A DNA stretch of 64,000 nt from Alphaproteobacteria bacterium (GCA_965261645.1 CBDHDJ010000004.1:2040752-2104751), one strand, 5' to 3'. Positions 36,760-47,515 are shown, counted from the first letter of the stretch. The notes: generated by a model not told the origin, from the sequence alone. Program-made: numbers and translations.

Positions 36760-38463
36760 GCGCGCTGCACGCGGGCAGAATTTCTTCGCCCTCGATCCCA
36801 ACCTCCAGGGACTCCTGAAGGCCGCGGCAGGTGGTGACCCCGAGACCTGGCGGGAAACACTGTCGGCCTTCGGCGCGTGGGTGGGCGATGCGGTCGATGC
36901 GGAGGCGGAGCAGACCGACCGGGTCGCCCGGCCCGTTCTCGAATCTTACGATCGCGATGGCGTCCTCGCGAACCAGGTGCGTCACGACCCGGCCTGGGAT
37001 GCGGTGTCGCGCGAGGTTTATGAACGCGGCATCGTAGGCCTCAACTACGGCGATGCCCCGGCGCCCTTTCTTTTGACCTTCGCCATGGGCTACCTGCTAT
37101 CGCAGGCCGACGTGTCGCTGCATTGCCCGGTGGCGATGACGGGTGCGATGGCGTACGTGCTCGACCGTTTCGCCCCGCGCGAGATAAAGCAGCGCTACCT
37201 GCCCGAGCTCGTGCGCCGCGACGGCCGCGCGCTCACCGGCGGGACGTGGGTCACCGAACGCCAGGGCGGAAGCGACGTCGGGGCGAACGAGACCACGGCC
37301 CGGCTGGCGGACGGCGGGCCTGGCCTCGACTGGCGGTTGAGGGGCCTCAAATGGTTCGTGAGCAATGTCGATGGCGGCCTGGCGCTGGTTACCGCCCGCC
37401 CCCAAGATGCGCCGGAGGGCACCGAAGGGCTCGGGCTCTATCTTGTGCCGCGCCGGCTCGATACAGGCGAGGCCAATCCGCTGCGCATCCGCCGCCTCAA
37501 GGACAAGCTCGGCACCTGTGGCGTCGCCACGGCGGAGGTCGACCTTACCGAGACGCACGCCGCCGAAGTGGCGCCGCCGCCCGAGGGTTTCAAACTGATG
37601 ATGGAGGCGCTCGGATTCAGCCGTCTGCATAACGCCATGGCGGCCTGCAGCGCCGCGCTTTTCTTGAGGTCATGAGCTTCGCCAGCCACCGCGTCGCCTT
37701 CGGCCGGCCGTTGCTCGATCATGCGATGGTTCGGACGGACGTTCTTCGCCTGCTTGCCGAGCTTGAAGCGGGCTGCGCGCTGGCTTTTGAAGCCGCGCGC
37801 GCCTTCGATACGGCCTTGGCCGATGACCGCCATCGTCCCTGGTTGCGGCTCGCCACCGCGCTCGCCAAATATCAGACCGCGGAGGATGCCAACGCCGCGT
37901 GCCGGACCGCGATCGAAGTGATCGGCGGCAATGGCTACACCTACGATTTCGTGACCCCACGGTTGCTCCGCGACGCCCAGGTGATGACCGTGTGGGAGGG
38001 ACCGGCGAACATCCAGGCGCTCGAGGTGCTGCGCATGCTCGGTGACCGACACCACGGCTTCGAGGCGTTCACAACGCGCATCGATACATGCTGCGCTGCT
38101 GCGCCGGCCGATCTCATTGACCTCCGGGACGGCGTGGCAGCGGCACTCACCGCGTGCCGTAACGCCGTTTCGTTCGTGCGTGGAGACGCGGGCCAGGCCG
38201 CTCGCCATGCGCGGCGTTTGATGGCGCTGCTCGCCGATACATTGTGCGCGGCGCTGCTCCTCGAGGAGGCCACGCGTGACCTTGAGCACGGCGATCGGCG
38301 CAAGGCGATCGTCGCGCGGCTGTACCTCGACCTCCGTTTGACCCCGCCCCCGCGGCGTGGGATCGTGCCAGAGGACAGCCTGGCCGAGCAGCATTTCCCG
38401 GCGCTCGTGGGGTACGAGCCCGTCGAGATGTCGCACGCGGCATCCCGCCGGGCGGCGGGCTAA
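36749..38463 (+). pseudogene. AidB-like acyl-CoA dehydrogenase family protein, frameshifted near 37638-37645
   Basis: ORF 36665..37675 (true start ATG 36749, MRYERAARGQNFF) and ORF 37672..38463 are the N- and C-terminal halves of one ACAD. ...LHNAMA(A) in one frame continues as GLQRRAFLEVMSFASHRVAFG in the -1 frame. Confidence 0.65.
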
Positions 38464-38507
38464 GGCCAACGAAAAAGAGCGAGCTTCGCTTCGCGGAGGA
38501 CTTGAAT

Positions 38508-39659
38508 ATGAAAAGCGTCGTCATAGCGGGCTATCAGCGTTCTCCGTTCACCTTGGCCAAGAAAGGGGCGCTTGCGTCGGTCCGCCCCGATGAGATGGCC
38601 GGTCAGGTGGTGAGGGCCTTGGTGAAGAAGACCAGGATCGAGCCGGACGACATCGAGGACGTCATCATGGGGTGTGCCTTCCCCGAAGCCGAACAGGGCT
38701 ACAACGTCGCCCGCATTGTCGCGTTTCTGGCGGACCTTCCGCTCAGCGTGGCGGGGGCCACCGTCAACCGTTTCTGCGGCTCGTCGATGCAGTCGATCCA
38801 TATCGCCGCCGGCTCCATCCAGCTCGATGCCGGCGAGGCGTTTGTCTGCGCCGGTCTCGAATCGATGACCCGCGTGCCGATGGGCGGCTACAACCCGGCG
38901 CCCCATCCGGGCCTCTACGAGCGCACGCCCGAGGTCTACATCTCGATGGGTGAAACCGCAGAGAACCTCGCCCGGAAATACGACATCTCGCGCGTCGAGC
39001 AGCAGGAGCTCGCGGTGGCCAGCCAGGCCAAGGCGAGCGCCGCACGCGAGGCCGGCAAGCTCGCCGACGAGATCGTCCCCATCGTCGTCGGCAATCTTCG
39101 CGTCGAGCAGGACGGCGCCATCCGGCCCGACACCACGCAGGAGGTGCTCGACGGTCTGGAGCCGGCCTTCGACAAGGACGGCACGGTGACGGCGGGCACG
39201 TCCTCGCCGCTTACCGACGGGGCCGCGGCGGTGCTCGTGTGCACCGAGGACTATGCCGACCGCCACGGGCTCGACAAGCTGGCCCGGGTGAAAAGCATCG
39301 GCGTGCATGGCTGTGCGCCCGAGACGATGGGCCTCGGCCCGGTCGGTGCGACGGCCAAGGCGCTCAAACGCGCCGGTCTCGCGCTCGAAGACATTGACAT
39401 CATCGAGCTTAACGAGGCGTTCGCCGCCCAGGCGCTCGCGGTGGTCCGCGAGTGGGAGTCGAACGGCGGCGGCTTCGATTTCGCCAAGCTCAACATCGAT
39501 GGCGGCGCCATCGCCCTCGGCCATCCGTTGGGGGCCACGGGCGCGCGGATTACCGGCAAGGCGGCCTCGCTCTTGCGCCGCGAGGGCAAGCAGTTTGCGC
39601 TGGCGGCCCAATGTATCGGCGGCGGGCAGGGTATCGCGACGGTCCTCGAGGCCGCGTAA
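38508..39659 (+). CDS. Acetyl-CoA C-acyltransferase (thiolase)
   Basis: ATG 38508 lies 8 nt after GGAGGA. NRFCGSSMQS holds the active-site Cys, and the C-terminal GGAIALGHP and CIGGGQG motifs are present. Confidence 0.85.
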   Translation: MKSVVIAGYQRSPFTLAKKGALASVRPDEMAGQVVRALVKKTRIEPDDIEDVIMGCAFPEAEQGYNVARIVAFLADLPLSVAGATVNRFCGSSMQSIHIAAGSIQLDAGEAFVCAGLESMTRVPMGGYNPAPHPGLYERTPEVYISMGETAENLARKYDISRVEQQELAVASQAKASAAREAGKLADEIVPIVVGNLRVEQDGAIRPDTTQEVLDGLEPAFDKDGTVTAGTSSPLTDGAAAVLVCTEDYADRHGLDKLARVKSIGVHGCAPETMGLGPVGATAKALKRAGLALEDIDIIELNEAFAAQALAVVREWESNGGGFDFAKLNIDGGAIALGHPLGATGARITGKAASLLRREGKQFALAAQCIGGGQGIATVLEAA

Positions 39660-41995
39660 TGACCGGTATCGGTAATATCGGCGTGCTCGGCGCGGGCGTC
39701 ATGGGCGCGGCGATCGCCGCCCATGCCGCCAACGCGGGCGTGCCGGCGATCCTGCTCGACATCGTGCCCCGAGGCGCGGACGACCGGAGCGTGTTGGCCA
39801 AGGACGCCGTCGCGCGGCTGCTCAAGACCAAACCCGCCCCCTTCATGCACCCCAAGGCGGCCGAGCTGATCACGCCCGGCAACTTGGAGGATGATCTCGA
39901 GCTCCTCGCCGAGGCCGACTGGATCTGCGAGGCCGTGATCGAGGATCTCGCCGTCAAACAGGACGTTTACCGCCGTCTGGACGCGGTGCGCCGGCCCGGC
40001 TCGATCGTCACATCCAACACCTCGACGATTCCGCTCGCCAAGCTGATCGACGGCTTGCCCGACACTTTCGCCAAGGACTTCGCGATCACCCACTTCTTCA
40101 ACCCGCCGCGCTACATGCGGCTTCTCGAAGTGGTTGCGGGCGCCAACACCGAGGCCCGGGTGATCGATGCGCTCCGCGCCTTCGCCGATGTGACCTTGGG
40201 CAAGGAGGTGGTGCTCTGCAAGGACACGCCCGGCTTCATCGCCAACCGGATCGGCATCTACTGGATGGCCGTGGCGCTAGACGAGGCGCTGGCGCTCGGT
40301 CTCACCGTGGAGGAGGCCGATGCGGTGATCGGCCGGCCGATGGGCGTTCCCAAGACGGGCATCTTCGGGCTCTTCGATCTCACCGGGATCGATCTCGCGC
40401 CTCATGTCATGTCCAGCATGGAAGCGCTGTTGCAGCCTGAGGACGCGTTTCGCAAGCTCTATTCGGCCGACAGCGAGTCCAGCCGGCTGATCGCTGGCAT
40501 GATCGAGGAGGGCTATATCGGTCGTAAGGGCAAGGGCGGCTTCTACCGTCTGGCCACGGCCGACGGCCAGCGCATCAAGGAGGCGCGCGACCTCCGGACC
40601 GGCGAATACCGGCCGGCCGAGAGGCCCGATTTCGAGAGCCTCAAGGCGGCCAGGGACGGGCTACGCGCGCTCGTCGAGCATGACGACACGGGCGGCCAGT
40701 ACGCCTGGCGAGTGCTGAGCCGGACCCTGGCCTATGTCGCCGGGCTGGTGCCCGAGATCGCCGATGACATCGCCGCCGTCGACCGAGCGATGCGCACCGG
40801 CTACGCCTGGGCCCATGGGCCGTTCGAGCAGATCGACCAGCTGGGCGTGCCCTGGTTCGTGAGCAAGCTCCGGGATGAGGGCCTGCGGGTGCCCCGGCTT
40901 CTCGAGGCTGCCGGTGAGCGCCCGCTCTACCGCGAGGAGGCGGGCCGAGCCCAATACCTCACGCTTTCCGGCGACTACGCAGATATCACGCGGCCCGAAG
41001 GCGTCTTGAAGCTCGCCGACGTGAAACGGGGCGCCGAGCCCATCAAGCGCAACCGATCGGCGAGCCTGTGGGATCTCGGCGACGGCATTGCCGGTCTCGA
41101 GTTCCACACCAAGATGAACGCCCTCGATGCGGAGAGCATCGCCATGGTGCGCGAGGCCGCAGCGATCGACAAGCAGGGCTACCGGGCGCTGGTGATCGGC
41201 CACGACGGGGACAGCTTCTCGGTCGGCGCCAACATCGGGCTCGCGCTGTTCGCCGCCAACACCGCCATGTGGCCGCTCATCGAGCAGAATGTGAAGGAGG
41301 GCCAGGAGGCGTTCTTGGCCCTCAAATACGCGCCCTTCCCGGTCGTTGGCGCGCCCGCCGGAATGGCGCTTGGCGGAGGGCTGGAGATCCTGCTGCATTG
41401 CGATTCCATCCAGGCCCATGCCGAGACCTATATGGGTCTCGTCGAGGTGGGCGTCGGCCTCATCCCGAGCTGGGGCGGCACCAAGGAAATGATCCTGCGG
41501 ACCTCGTCGCGCCCCGGTCGGCCCGGCGGACCCATGCCGCCGCTCCGCCAAACCTTCGAGACCATCGGCCTCGCCAAGGTCTCGACCTCGGCGGCCGAAG
41601 CGCGCGAACTCGGCTTCCTCAGAGACGGCGACGGCATCACCATGAACCGCGACCGGGTGCTGGCCGAAGCCAAGGCGCGCGCGCTGGAGATGGCGGCGGA
41701 CTATACGCTGCCCGATGCGCCCGAAATCGCGCTGCCCGGACCGACCGCGCGCGTGGCCTTCGAGCTCGCCGTCGGCACCCTGGTGGGGAACGGCCAGGCC
41801 ACCGAGCACGACGGCGTGGTGGCGCGCACGCTGGGCGAGGTCATCTCGGGTGGTGAAACCGATGTGACCCAAAGCGTCAGCGAAAACGGCTTGCTCGCGC
41901 TCGAGCGCAAGGCGCTCACTAGCCTGGTGCGGCTTCCGGCCACCCTCGATCGCATGGCGCACATGCTGGAGACCGGCAAGCCGTTGCGCAATTGA
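39659..41995 (+). CDS. Fused 3-hydroxyacyl-CoA dehydrogenase (N-terminal) / enoyl-CoA hydratase (C-terminal) protein (FadB-like, reversed domain order)
   Basis: The start overlaps the thiolase stop (TAATG at 39657-39661). It has a GVLGAGVMGAAIA Rossmann motif and a crotonase-like C-terminal half (GAPAGMALGGGLEILL). Confidence 0.8.
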   Translation: MTGIGNIGVLGAGVMGAAIAAHAANAGVPAILLDIVPRGADDRSVLAKDAVARLLKTKPAPFMHPKAAELITPGNLEDDLELLAEADWICEAVIEDLAVKQDVYRRLDAVRRPGSIVTSNTSTIPLAKLIDGLPDTFAKDFAITHFFNPPRYMRLLEVVAGANTEARVIDALRAFADVTLGKEVVLCKDTPGFIANRIGIYWMAVALDEALALGLTVEEADAVIGRPMGVPKTGIFGLFDLTGIDLAPHVMSSMEALLQPEDAFRKLYSADSESSRLIAGMIEEGYIGRKGKGGFYRLATADGQRIKEARDLRTGEYRPAERPDFESLKAARDGLRALVEHDDTGGQYAWRVLSRTLAYVAGLVPEIADDIAAVDRAMRTGYAWAHGPFEQIDQLGVPWFVSKLRDEGLRVPRLLEAAGERPLYREEAGRAQYLTLSGDYADITRPEGVLKLADVKRGAEPIKRNRSASLWDLGDGIAGLEFHTKMNALDAESIAMVREAAAIDKQGYRALVIGHDGDSFSVGANIGLALFAANTAMWPLIEQNVKEGQEAFLALKYAPFPVVGAPAGMALGGGLEILLHCDSIQAHAETYMGLVEVGVGLIPSWGGTKEMILRTSSRPGRPGGPMPPLRQTFETIGLAKVSTSAAEARELGFLRDGDGITMNRDRVLAEAKARALEMAADYTLPDAPEIALPGPTARVAFELAVGTLVGNGQATEHDGVVARTLGEVISGGETDVTQSVSENGLLALERKALTSLVRLPATLDRMAHMLETGKPLRN

Positions 41996-42024
41996 CGGCA
42001 AGGGCCCGCGAAAGACCGATCGCC

Positions 42025-43815
42025 ATGACACTCTACCGCGCACCGCTCCGCGAGCATCGCTTCGTTCTCAACGAGCTCCTTGAGGTCGAGCGCTACCGCA
42101 ACCTGCCGCGCTTTTCCGAGGTCACGCCCGATCTCATCGAGGCGATACTTGCCGAAGGGGCGAAGATCGCCGAGGACAAGATCCATCCCCTCAATCAGCC
42201 GGGCGATGCGGAGGGCTGTCACTTCGAGGCTGGCCGGGTCACCACGCCGGCGGGATTCAAAGAGGCCTACCGCGCCTTCGCCGACGGCGGCTGGGGTGGG
42301 CTTGCGGGTGCTCCCGGCTATGGCGGCCAGGGTCTCCCCAAGGTTCTCGCCGCCGCCGTTTCCGAGATGATGCGCTCGGCCAATCTCGCCTTCAGCACCT
42401 ACGCGGGGCTCGCCGAGGGGGCCGCCCACGCGCTGTTGCTGCATGGCACGGACGAACAGAAGAAGCGCTATCTCGCCAAGCTCACGAGCGGCGAATGGGG
42501 CGGCACGATGGAGCTGACCGAGCCCCATTGCGGCACCGACCTCGGCCTCATTCGCACCAAGGCCGAGCCCCAGCCCGATGGGACCTATGCGATCAGTGGG
42601 ACCAAGATCTTCACCACCGCCGGCGAGCACGATCTCACCGATAACATCGTCCATTTCGTGCTGGCGCGTATCGTGGGTGCGCCTGAGGGCACCAAGGGGC
42701 TCAGCCTCTTTATCGTGCCTAAATTCATGGTCAACCCCGATGGCAGCCTGGGAGAACGGAACCGGCTTTCGTGCGGCGCGCTCGAGCACAAGATGGGGAT
42801 CAGGGCCTCGGCGACCTGTGTGATGAACTACGACGGCGCCACCGGCGATCTCGCCGGCCCGCCCCACAAGGGCATGCGGGCGATGTTCACGATGATGAAT
42901 GCGGCGCGCATCAGCGTCGGCCTCCACGGTCTTGCGCTCTCCGAGATCGCCTACCAGAACGCTGCCGCCTACGCCAAGGAGCGTTTGCAGGGGCGCTCGC
43001 TGTCCGGCCCCAAGGCGCCGGATCAACCCGCCGATCCGATCATCGTGCACCCCGATGTCCGCCGCATGTTGCTCAGCATGCGGGCGTTCAACGAGGGAGC
43101 GCGTGCGTTCGCGCTGTGGATCGCGCTCAGCGCCGATCTTGCGGAGGTACACCCCGACGAGGGCGTGCGCCGCGATGCCGACGATCTCGTCTCGCTGATG
43201 ACGCCGGTGATCAAGGCCTATTTAACCGACGGGGGCTTCGAATCGGTCAATCTGGGCCTGCAGTGTTTCGGCGGTCATGGCTACATCCACGAGACGGGCA
43301 TGGAGCAGTTTGTCCGCGATGCGCGCATCACGCAGATCTACGAAGGCGCCAACGGCATTCAGGCGCTTGATCTCACGCTCCGCAAACTGCCGGCGCATTT
43401 CGGACGGGGTCTGCGCCAGTTCTTCCATCCTGTGGACCGCTTCATTCAGGAGACCGGCGCGGACCAGGCGATGGCCGAGTTCACGGGCCCGCTCGCCAAG
43501 TCCTTCGCCCGGTTGCAGCAGGCGACGGCTTGGATCGGCGAGCAGGGCTACCGGGACCCCGAGCAGGCCGGCGCCGCGGCCAGCGATTATCTACGCCTCT
43601 TCGGGCTCGTCGCGCTCGCCTACATGTGGGCGCAAGCCGCCAAGGTGGCGAGCAGGCAACTCGCCAACGGCCATGACGATCAGGCGTTCTACCGGGCCAA
43701 ACTCGAGACCGCCCGTTTCTTCATGGCGCGCATGCTGCCCGACACCTCGTCGCTCCTGTCCAAGCTGACCTCCGGCAAGCAGAATTTGATGGCGCTCGAC
43801 GCCGAGGCGTTTTAG
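42025..43815 (+). CDS. Long-form acyl-CoA dehydrogenase (with C-terminal extension domain)
   Basis: ATG 42025 (MTLYRAPLREHRF). ACAD motifs LTEPHCGTDLG, GGHGYIHE and ARITQIYEGANGIQ are present. Confidence 0.8.
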   Translation: MTLYRAPLREHRFVLNELLEVERYRNLPRFSEVTPDLIEAILAEGAKIAEDKIHPLNQPGDAEGCHFEAGRVTTPAGFKEAYRAFADGGWGGLAGAPGYGGQGLPKVLAAAVSEMMRSANLAFSTYAGLAEGAAHALLLHGTDEQKKRYLAKLTSGEWGGTMELTEPHCGTDLGLIRTKAEPQPDGTYAISGTKIFTTAGEHDLTDNIVHFVLARIVGAPEGTKGLSLFIVPKFMVNPDGSLGERNRLSCGALEHKMGIRASATCVMNYDGATGDLAGPPHKGMRAMFTMMNAARISVGLHGLALSEIAYQNAAAYAKERLQGRSLSGPKAPDQPADPIIVHPDVRRMLLSMRAFNEGARAFALWIALSADLAEVHPDEGVRRDADDLVSLMTPVIKAYLTDGGFESVNLGLQCFGGHGYIHETGMEQFVRDARITQIYEGANGIQALDLTLRKLPAHFGRGLRQFFHPVDRFIQETGADQAMAEFTGPLAKSFARLQQATAWIGEQGYRDPEQAGAAASDYLRLFGLVALAYMWAQAAKVASRQLANGHDDQAFYRAKLETARFFMARMLPDTSSLLSKLTSGKQNLMALDAEAF

Positions 43816-43872
43816 ACAGGCGTCAACGCGAACGGGGCCATGCTGGCCCCGCACACCCAGAGGGAGGACGTC

Positions 43873-45054
43873 ATGCGTGCCAAGCCATTGGCCGGAATCA
43901 CCGTGCTCGATTTGACCCGGCTGTTGCCCGGCCCCCTGTGCACCCAGCATCTGGGCGATTTGGGCGCCGACGTCATCAAGATCGAGGACACCAAGGCCGG
44001 GGACTATACGCGCTGGAGAGAGCCGGTGCGCAAGCAGAACTCAGCGTTCTTTCTCTCGGTCAATCGCAACAAGCGTTCGCTCAAACTCGATCTTCAGACG
44101 GACGCCGGGCGCGAGGTGTTCTACCGGCTGGCGCGCGAGGCCGATGTCATCGTCGAGCAGTTTCGCCCGGGCGTCATGGAACGCCTGAAAATCGACTACG
44201 AGACCATCCGCGAGCTCAATCCCCGCATCGTGTTCTGCGCCATTTCCGGCTACGGCCAGGAGGGCCCCTATCGCGACCGCGCCGGGCACGACATCAATTA
44301 CTGCTCCTATGCCGGCCTGAGTGAACAGATGGGTACGCGAGGCGGCCCGCCGGCGCCACCCAACTTCCAGATCGCCGATCTTGCGGGCGGCACGCTATCG
44401 CCGGCCATGGGCATTCTCGCCGCCCTCGTCGACGTGCAGCGCACCGGTGAGGGTCGCTATGTCGATGTCTCCATGACGGACTGCACGCTGGCCCATTGCG
44501 TTATCCTGCTGAGTGCCGAGGAGAGCTTCGGCGCGACCCGTCCCCTGGGTGAGGACTATCTGTCGGGCGGGGTCCCGTCCTACGGCATCTACGAGGCCGC
44601 GGACGGCCGCTTCATCAGCCTGGGTGCGCTCGAGCCCAAATTCTGGGACGCCTTCTGCGAAGCGGTGGAGCGCCCCGATCTCAAAGGCAAGAACATCTGC
44701 TGGGACGATGAATCGGCGCGTGTGCGGGGCGAGGTGGCCGCCATCATCAAACGCCAGCCCCAATCCTACTGGTCCGCGTTCGCGCTCCGGGTCGATTGCT
44801 GCATGGCGCCGGTGCTCACCCTCGCCGAGAGCCGCGAGGACCCGCAGCTCAAGGCGCGCGGCATGTTCGTCACCCATGATCACCCGGTCGAAGGGCCGGT
44901 CCGGCAGTTCGCCTTTCCCATCAAGTTCAGCGATTTTGCCTTCTCCATCGACCGTGCGGCTCCGCTCTACGGGGAGCACAGCGAGGAGATCCTCGAGGCG
45001 GCCGGTTACGGGCCCGATCAGATCGCCCAATTGAAGAGCGATGGCGTGATCTGA
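43873..45054 (+). CDS. Family III CoA-transferase (CaiB/BaiF; alpha-methylacyl-CoA racemase-like)
   Basis: ATG 43873 follows GGGAGG. PLAGITVLDLTRLLPGPLCTQHLGDLGADVIKIE is the family signature N-terminus. Confidence 0.8.
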   Translation: MRAKPLAGITVLDLTRLLPGPLCTQHLGDLGADVIKIEDTKAGDYTRWREPVRKQNSAFFLSVNRNKRSLKLDLQTDAGREVFYRLAREADVIVEQFRPGVMERLKIDYETIRELNPRIVFCAISGYGQEGPYRDRAGHDINYCSYAGLSEQMGTRGGPPAPPNFQIADLAGGTLSPAMGILAALVDVQRTGEGRYVDVSMTDCTLAHCVILLSAEESFGATRPLGEDYLSGGVPSYGIYEAADGRFISLGALEPKFWDAFCEAVERPDLKGKNICWDDESARVRGEVAAIIKRQPQSYWSAFALRVDCCMAPVLTLAESREDPQLKARGMFVTHDHPVEGPVRQFAFPIKFSDFAFSIDRAAPLYGEHSEEILEAAGYGPDQIAQLKSDGVI

Positions 45055-45075
45055 GCGAGCCGCAACTCGCTCGCC

Positions 45076-45708
45076 CTAACCGCCCGGGCGCCCGAGATAG
45101 GCGTCGATGAGCGCCTCCGCCCGGAAGCCGAGAACCGCGAGGCGGCCCGAATTCTCGAGCAACGAAAGGCCCAGCAGGAACGCCGCCAGCGCCAGCGTGT
45201 CGCGGTTGGATTCCTCACCTTCAAGGTTTTGAGCTCGGCCCACCGCCTCTGCCAGCGCGCCCAACGCCATGATCAACCGGCCGGTCAGATGCCCCTCGAC
45301 GGTGGGATCGAGAGCCTGCATCCGGCCGTTCGCAAACAGATGGGCCAGGAGATCGAGATCGGCCGGATGGCGGCGATAGTGGGTGCGAAACCTATCGATG
45401 CGCCGGGCGAGTAGCGCCTCGGGTTCACCGCCCAGCGCCTCCTTCAGCGTCTGTGCGAGCCGGTTCAGCGATTGCCCTGCAACCTCGGCCAGCAATTCGT
45501 CCTTGCCCGCGACGTAGCTGTAGAGCGCACCGGGGGTATAGCCGGCCTCCGCGGCGACAGCGCGCACGGTGAGGCCGGTGATGCCGCCGTGGCGAAAGAC
45601 GCGCTCGGCGGCGTCGATTACGGCGCGCCTGCGCGCTTGCCAGCGCAGGCGCGCGGGATGGCCTGACCCGGCGTGGCCCCGTGGGTTGGGTTTCTTGACG
45701 ATGACCAT
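45076..45708 (-). CDS. TetR/AcrR family transcriptional regulator
   Basis: The N-terminal helix-turn-helix AAERVFRHGGITGLTVRAVAAEAGYTPGALYSYV is present. Confidence 0.8.
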   Translation of the reverse strand: MVIVKKPNPRGHAGSGHPARLRWQARRRAVIDAAERVFRHGGITGLTVRAVAAEAGYTPGALYSYVAGKDELLAEVAGQSLNRLAQTLKEALGGEPEALLARRIDRFRTHYRRHPADLDLLAHLFANGRMQALDPTVEGHLTGRLIMALGALAEAVGRAQNLEGEESNRDTLALAAFLLGLSLLENSGRLAVLGFRAEALIDAYLGRPGG

Positions 45709-45733
45709 GGCTAATGCTAAACAATATTTGATA

Positions 45734-45748
45734 AAATGAACATCATTT
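45734..45748. promoter_or_regulatory. 6-3-6 palindrome AAATGA-ACA-TCATTT in an AT-rich divergent intergenic region (candidate TetR operator)
   Basis: The palindrome was seen directly. It lies in a ~50-bp strongly AT-rich stretch (about 45711-45765) between the tetR-like gene and the SCP2 gene. Confidence 0.4.
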
Positions 45749-45907
45749 AATATATTTATCCCCGACGCCGGTATATGGACCTGCAGCGGCCGTGACTCAG
45801 CGGCATGATTGCGCCGTCACGGGCTGGGCCCTATGCTCCGCCGGGTAGCGTTGCACCGGTCGTCAGGTGTACGGTCGAGCGGCCTGCAGGTCGTGCCGGG
45901 AGATGTC

Positions 45908-46201
45908 ATGGACCTTGAAACCGCGACCACGATGATACGCGCCAAAGTGGGCGAGGACTCCGGCCTCGGTGCCACGGTGAAGTTCGCCTTCGACGAGGGT
46001 GTGATCTTCATCGATGGCGCGGCCAGCCCGAACGAGGTGAGCAACGAAGACCGCGCGGCCGAGTGCACCATCGCCATGGCGCTCGATGATTTCGCGAGCA
46101 TGATCGAAGGCGAGCTCGACCCGACGACCGCCTTCATGATGGGCAAGCTCAAAGTCGACGGCCCGATGGCGACCGCGCTCAAGCTCTCGGGGTTGATCTA
46201 G
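45908..46201 (+). CDS. SCP2 sterol-carrier-like domain protein
   Basis: ATG 45908 follows GGGAGA. DFASMIEGELDPTTAFMMGKLKVDGPMATALKL is a typical SCP2 C-terminus. The stop TAG at 46199-46201 lies in the CTAG that flanks the IS. Confidence 0.75.
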   Translation: MDLETATTMIRAKVGEDSGLGATVKFAFDEGVIFIDGAASPNEVSNEDRAAECTIAMALDDFASMIEGELDPTTAFMMGKLKVDGPMATALKLSGLI

Positions 46202-46220
46202 CAGGCTGCTGAACAAGTCA

Positions 46221-46382
46221 TCATTGCCGGGCCTTGAACTCGGATTCATCGCCGAAATGAAATGAGATTTCGTGTCTTAGGGTGAAACCGTCTTCAATCT
46301 CGACCGATCCGATGCCCTGGGCTTCATCCAGTTCGATGATCTGCCACTTTGCGGTCAGCGGCGTGCCGGCATCGCCCGTCAT
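46221..46382 (-). CDS. IS-borne small ORF (53 aa) overlapping the transposase stop (ATGA), copy A
   Basis: MTGDAGTPLTAKWQIIELDEAQGIGSVEIEDGFTLRHEISFHFGDESEFKARQ. It was found by hand translation and is below the ORF-track length cut-off. It is identical in copy B. Confidence 0.3.
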   Translation of the reverse strand: MTGDAGTPLTAKWQIIELDEAQGIGSVEIEDGFTLRHEISFHFGDESEFKARQ

Positions 46383-47515
46383 GTTGGCGCCTCCGCCAGC
46401 AGTCTGGGTAGTCGGACGAGGTTGTAGGCGGCCAAGGCCAGGGTGAACGAAGCGTCGACCCGGTGGCGGCCCCGGAATTTGGTCTTGCTCAATCCCGCGC
46501 TCGTCTTGACCCAGCCGAAGACCTCCTCGATGCGCTTACGGCAACGTTGGCTGACGCCGTAACCGGGATGGCGCGTCGTGCGCCCGTCTATCTTGGTCTT
46601 GCGCCGCTTGCCGGTCTTGGTGACGTGGTCCTGGACGGCGATATGGGGGGTCACCTTGCGGTGCCGCAGTTCCTCGACAAAATCCGCGACGTCAAAACCC
46701 TTGTCCCCGCCCACCGTGATCCGACGCGGGCCGCCTCTACTCTCCACCGGGCGATGCCTGTCGATCAGATCAAGGGCGGCTTCGCGTTCCGCCGTGCCCG
46801 ACGCAATGGTCACGCCGCCGCCGACTGCCAGACCATGGCGGTTCTCCGTCAGCGCATGGCCCATGTAACACAGCTTGCTTTCCCGGCCATTACCCTTGCG
46901 ATAAAGCCGGGCGTCCGGATCAGTGGTGCTTGCATGGGTCGCGTTCGAGCGTTTCTCGCCATGAAAATCCCGCTCGGCGTTGCGCCCCGATCCCCCGTCG
47001 CCATCGTCCTCACCTTTGGGACGAAAGCTCTTCATCGACGCCCAGGCCTCGATCAATGTTCCGTCTACCGAAAAATGATCCCGGCTCAATAGTCCCCGTA
47101 CCTTGTGGTGCTGGATAACCCCCGCAAGCAGCTGCGCCGAAACCTCCGCCTCCAGAAGACGGTCCCGGTTGTGGCAGAACGCGCTGGCGTCCCACACGCC
47201 ATCGTCCAGCCCAAGCCCCACAAACCAGCGAAACAGCATGTTGAAGTTTAGCTGCTCCATCAGCTGACGCTCCGAGCGGATCGAATAAAACACCTGCAAC
47301 AGTAACGCTCGAAGAAGCTTCTCCGGCGGGATCGATGGGCGACCCATGTGGGAATAAAGCGTCTCGAACTCCGAAGATAGAGACCCCAATACGTCGTTCA
47401 CGATCTCACGGATCAGACGCAGCGGATGATCATCCGGAACACGCTCTTCCAAGTCTACGTAGCTGAATAAATTGCCACTGCTTTGATCTCGACCCCGCAT
47501 GCCATCCTCCATCAC
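46379..47515 (-). CDS. IS5-family DDE transposase (378 aa), copy A
   Basis: The protein is identical to 48693..49829. It has an InsH-type N-terminus (DHPLRLIREIV..., PPEKLLRALLLQVFYSIRSERQLMEQLNFNMLFRWFVGL). Confidence 0.85.
   Translation of the reverse strand: MMEDGMRGRDQSSGNLFSYVDLEERVPDDHPLRLIREIVNDVLGSLSSEFETLYSHMGRPSIPPEKLLRALLLQVFYSIRSERQLMEQLNFNMLFRWFVGLGLDDGVWDASAFCHNRDRLLEAEVSAQLLAGVIQHHKVRGLLSRDHFSVDGTLIEAWASMKSFRPKGEDDGDGGSGRNAERDFHGEKRSNATHASTTDPDARLYRKGNGRESKLCYMGHALTENRHGLAVGGGVTIASGTAEREAALDLIDRHRPVESRGGPRRITVGGDKGFDVADFVEELRHRKVTPHIAVQDHVTKTGKRRKTKIDGRTTRHPGYGVSQRCRKRIEEVFGWVKTSAGLSKTKFRGRHRVDASFTLALAAYNLVRLPRLLAEAPT

Noticed and set aside
45863-46249. ORFs starting MNPSSRPGNDDLFSSLL that read outward from the IS5-like ends (the other is 49959..50456).
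   Set aside because: They begin inside the IS terminal region and continue antisense through the SCP2 gene or the permease gene. The shared N-terminus simply reflects the repeated IS end. They have no supporting features.
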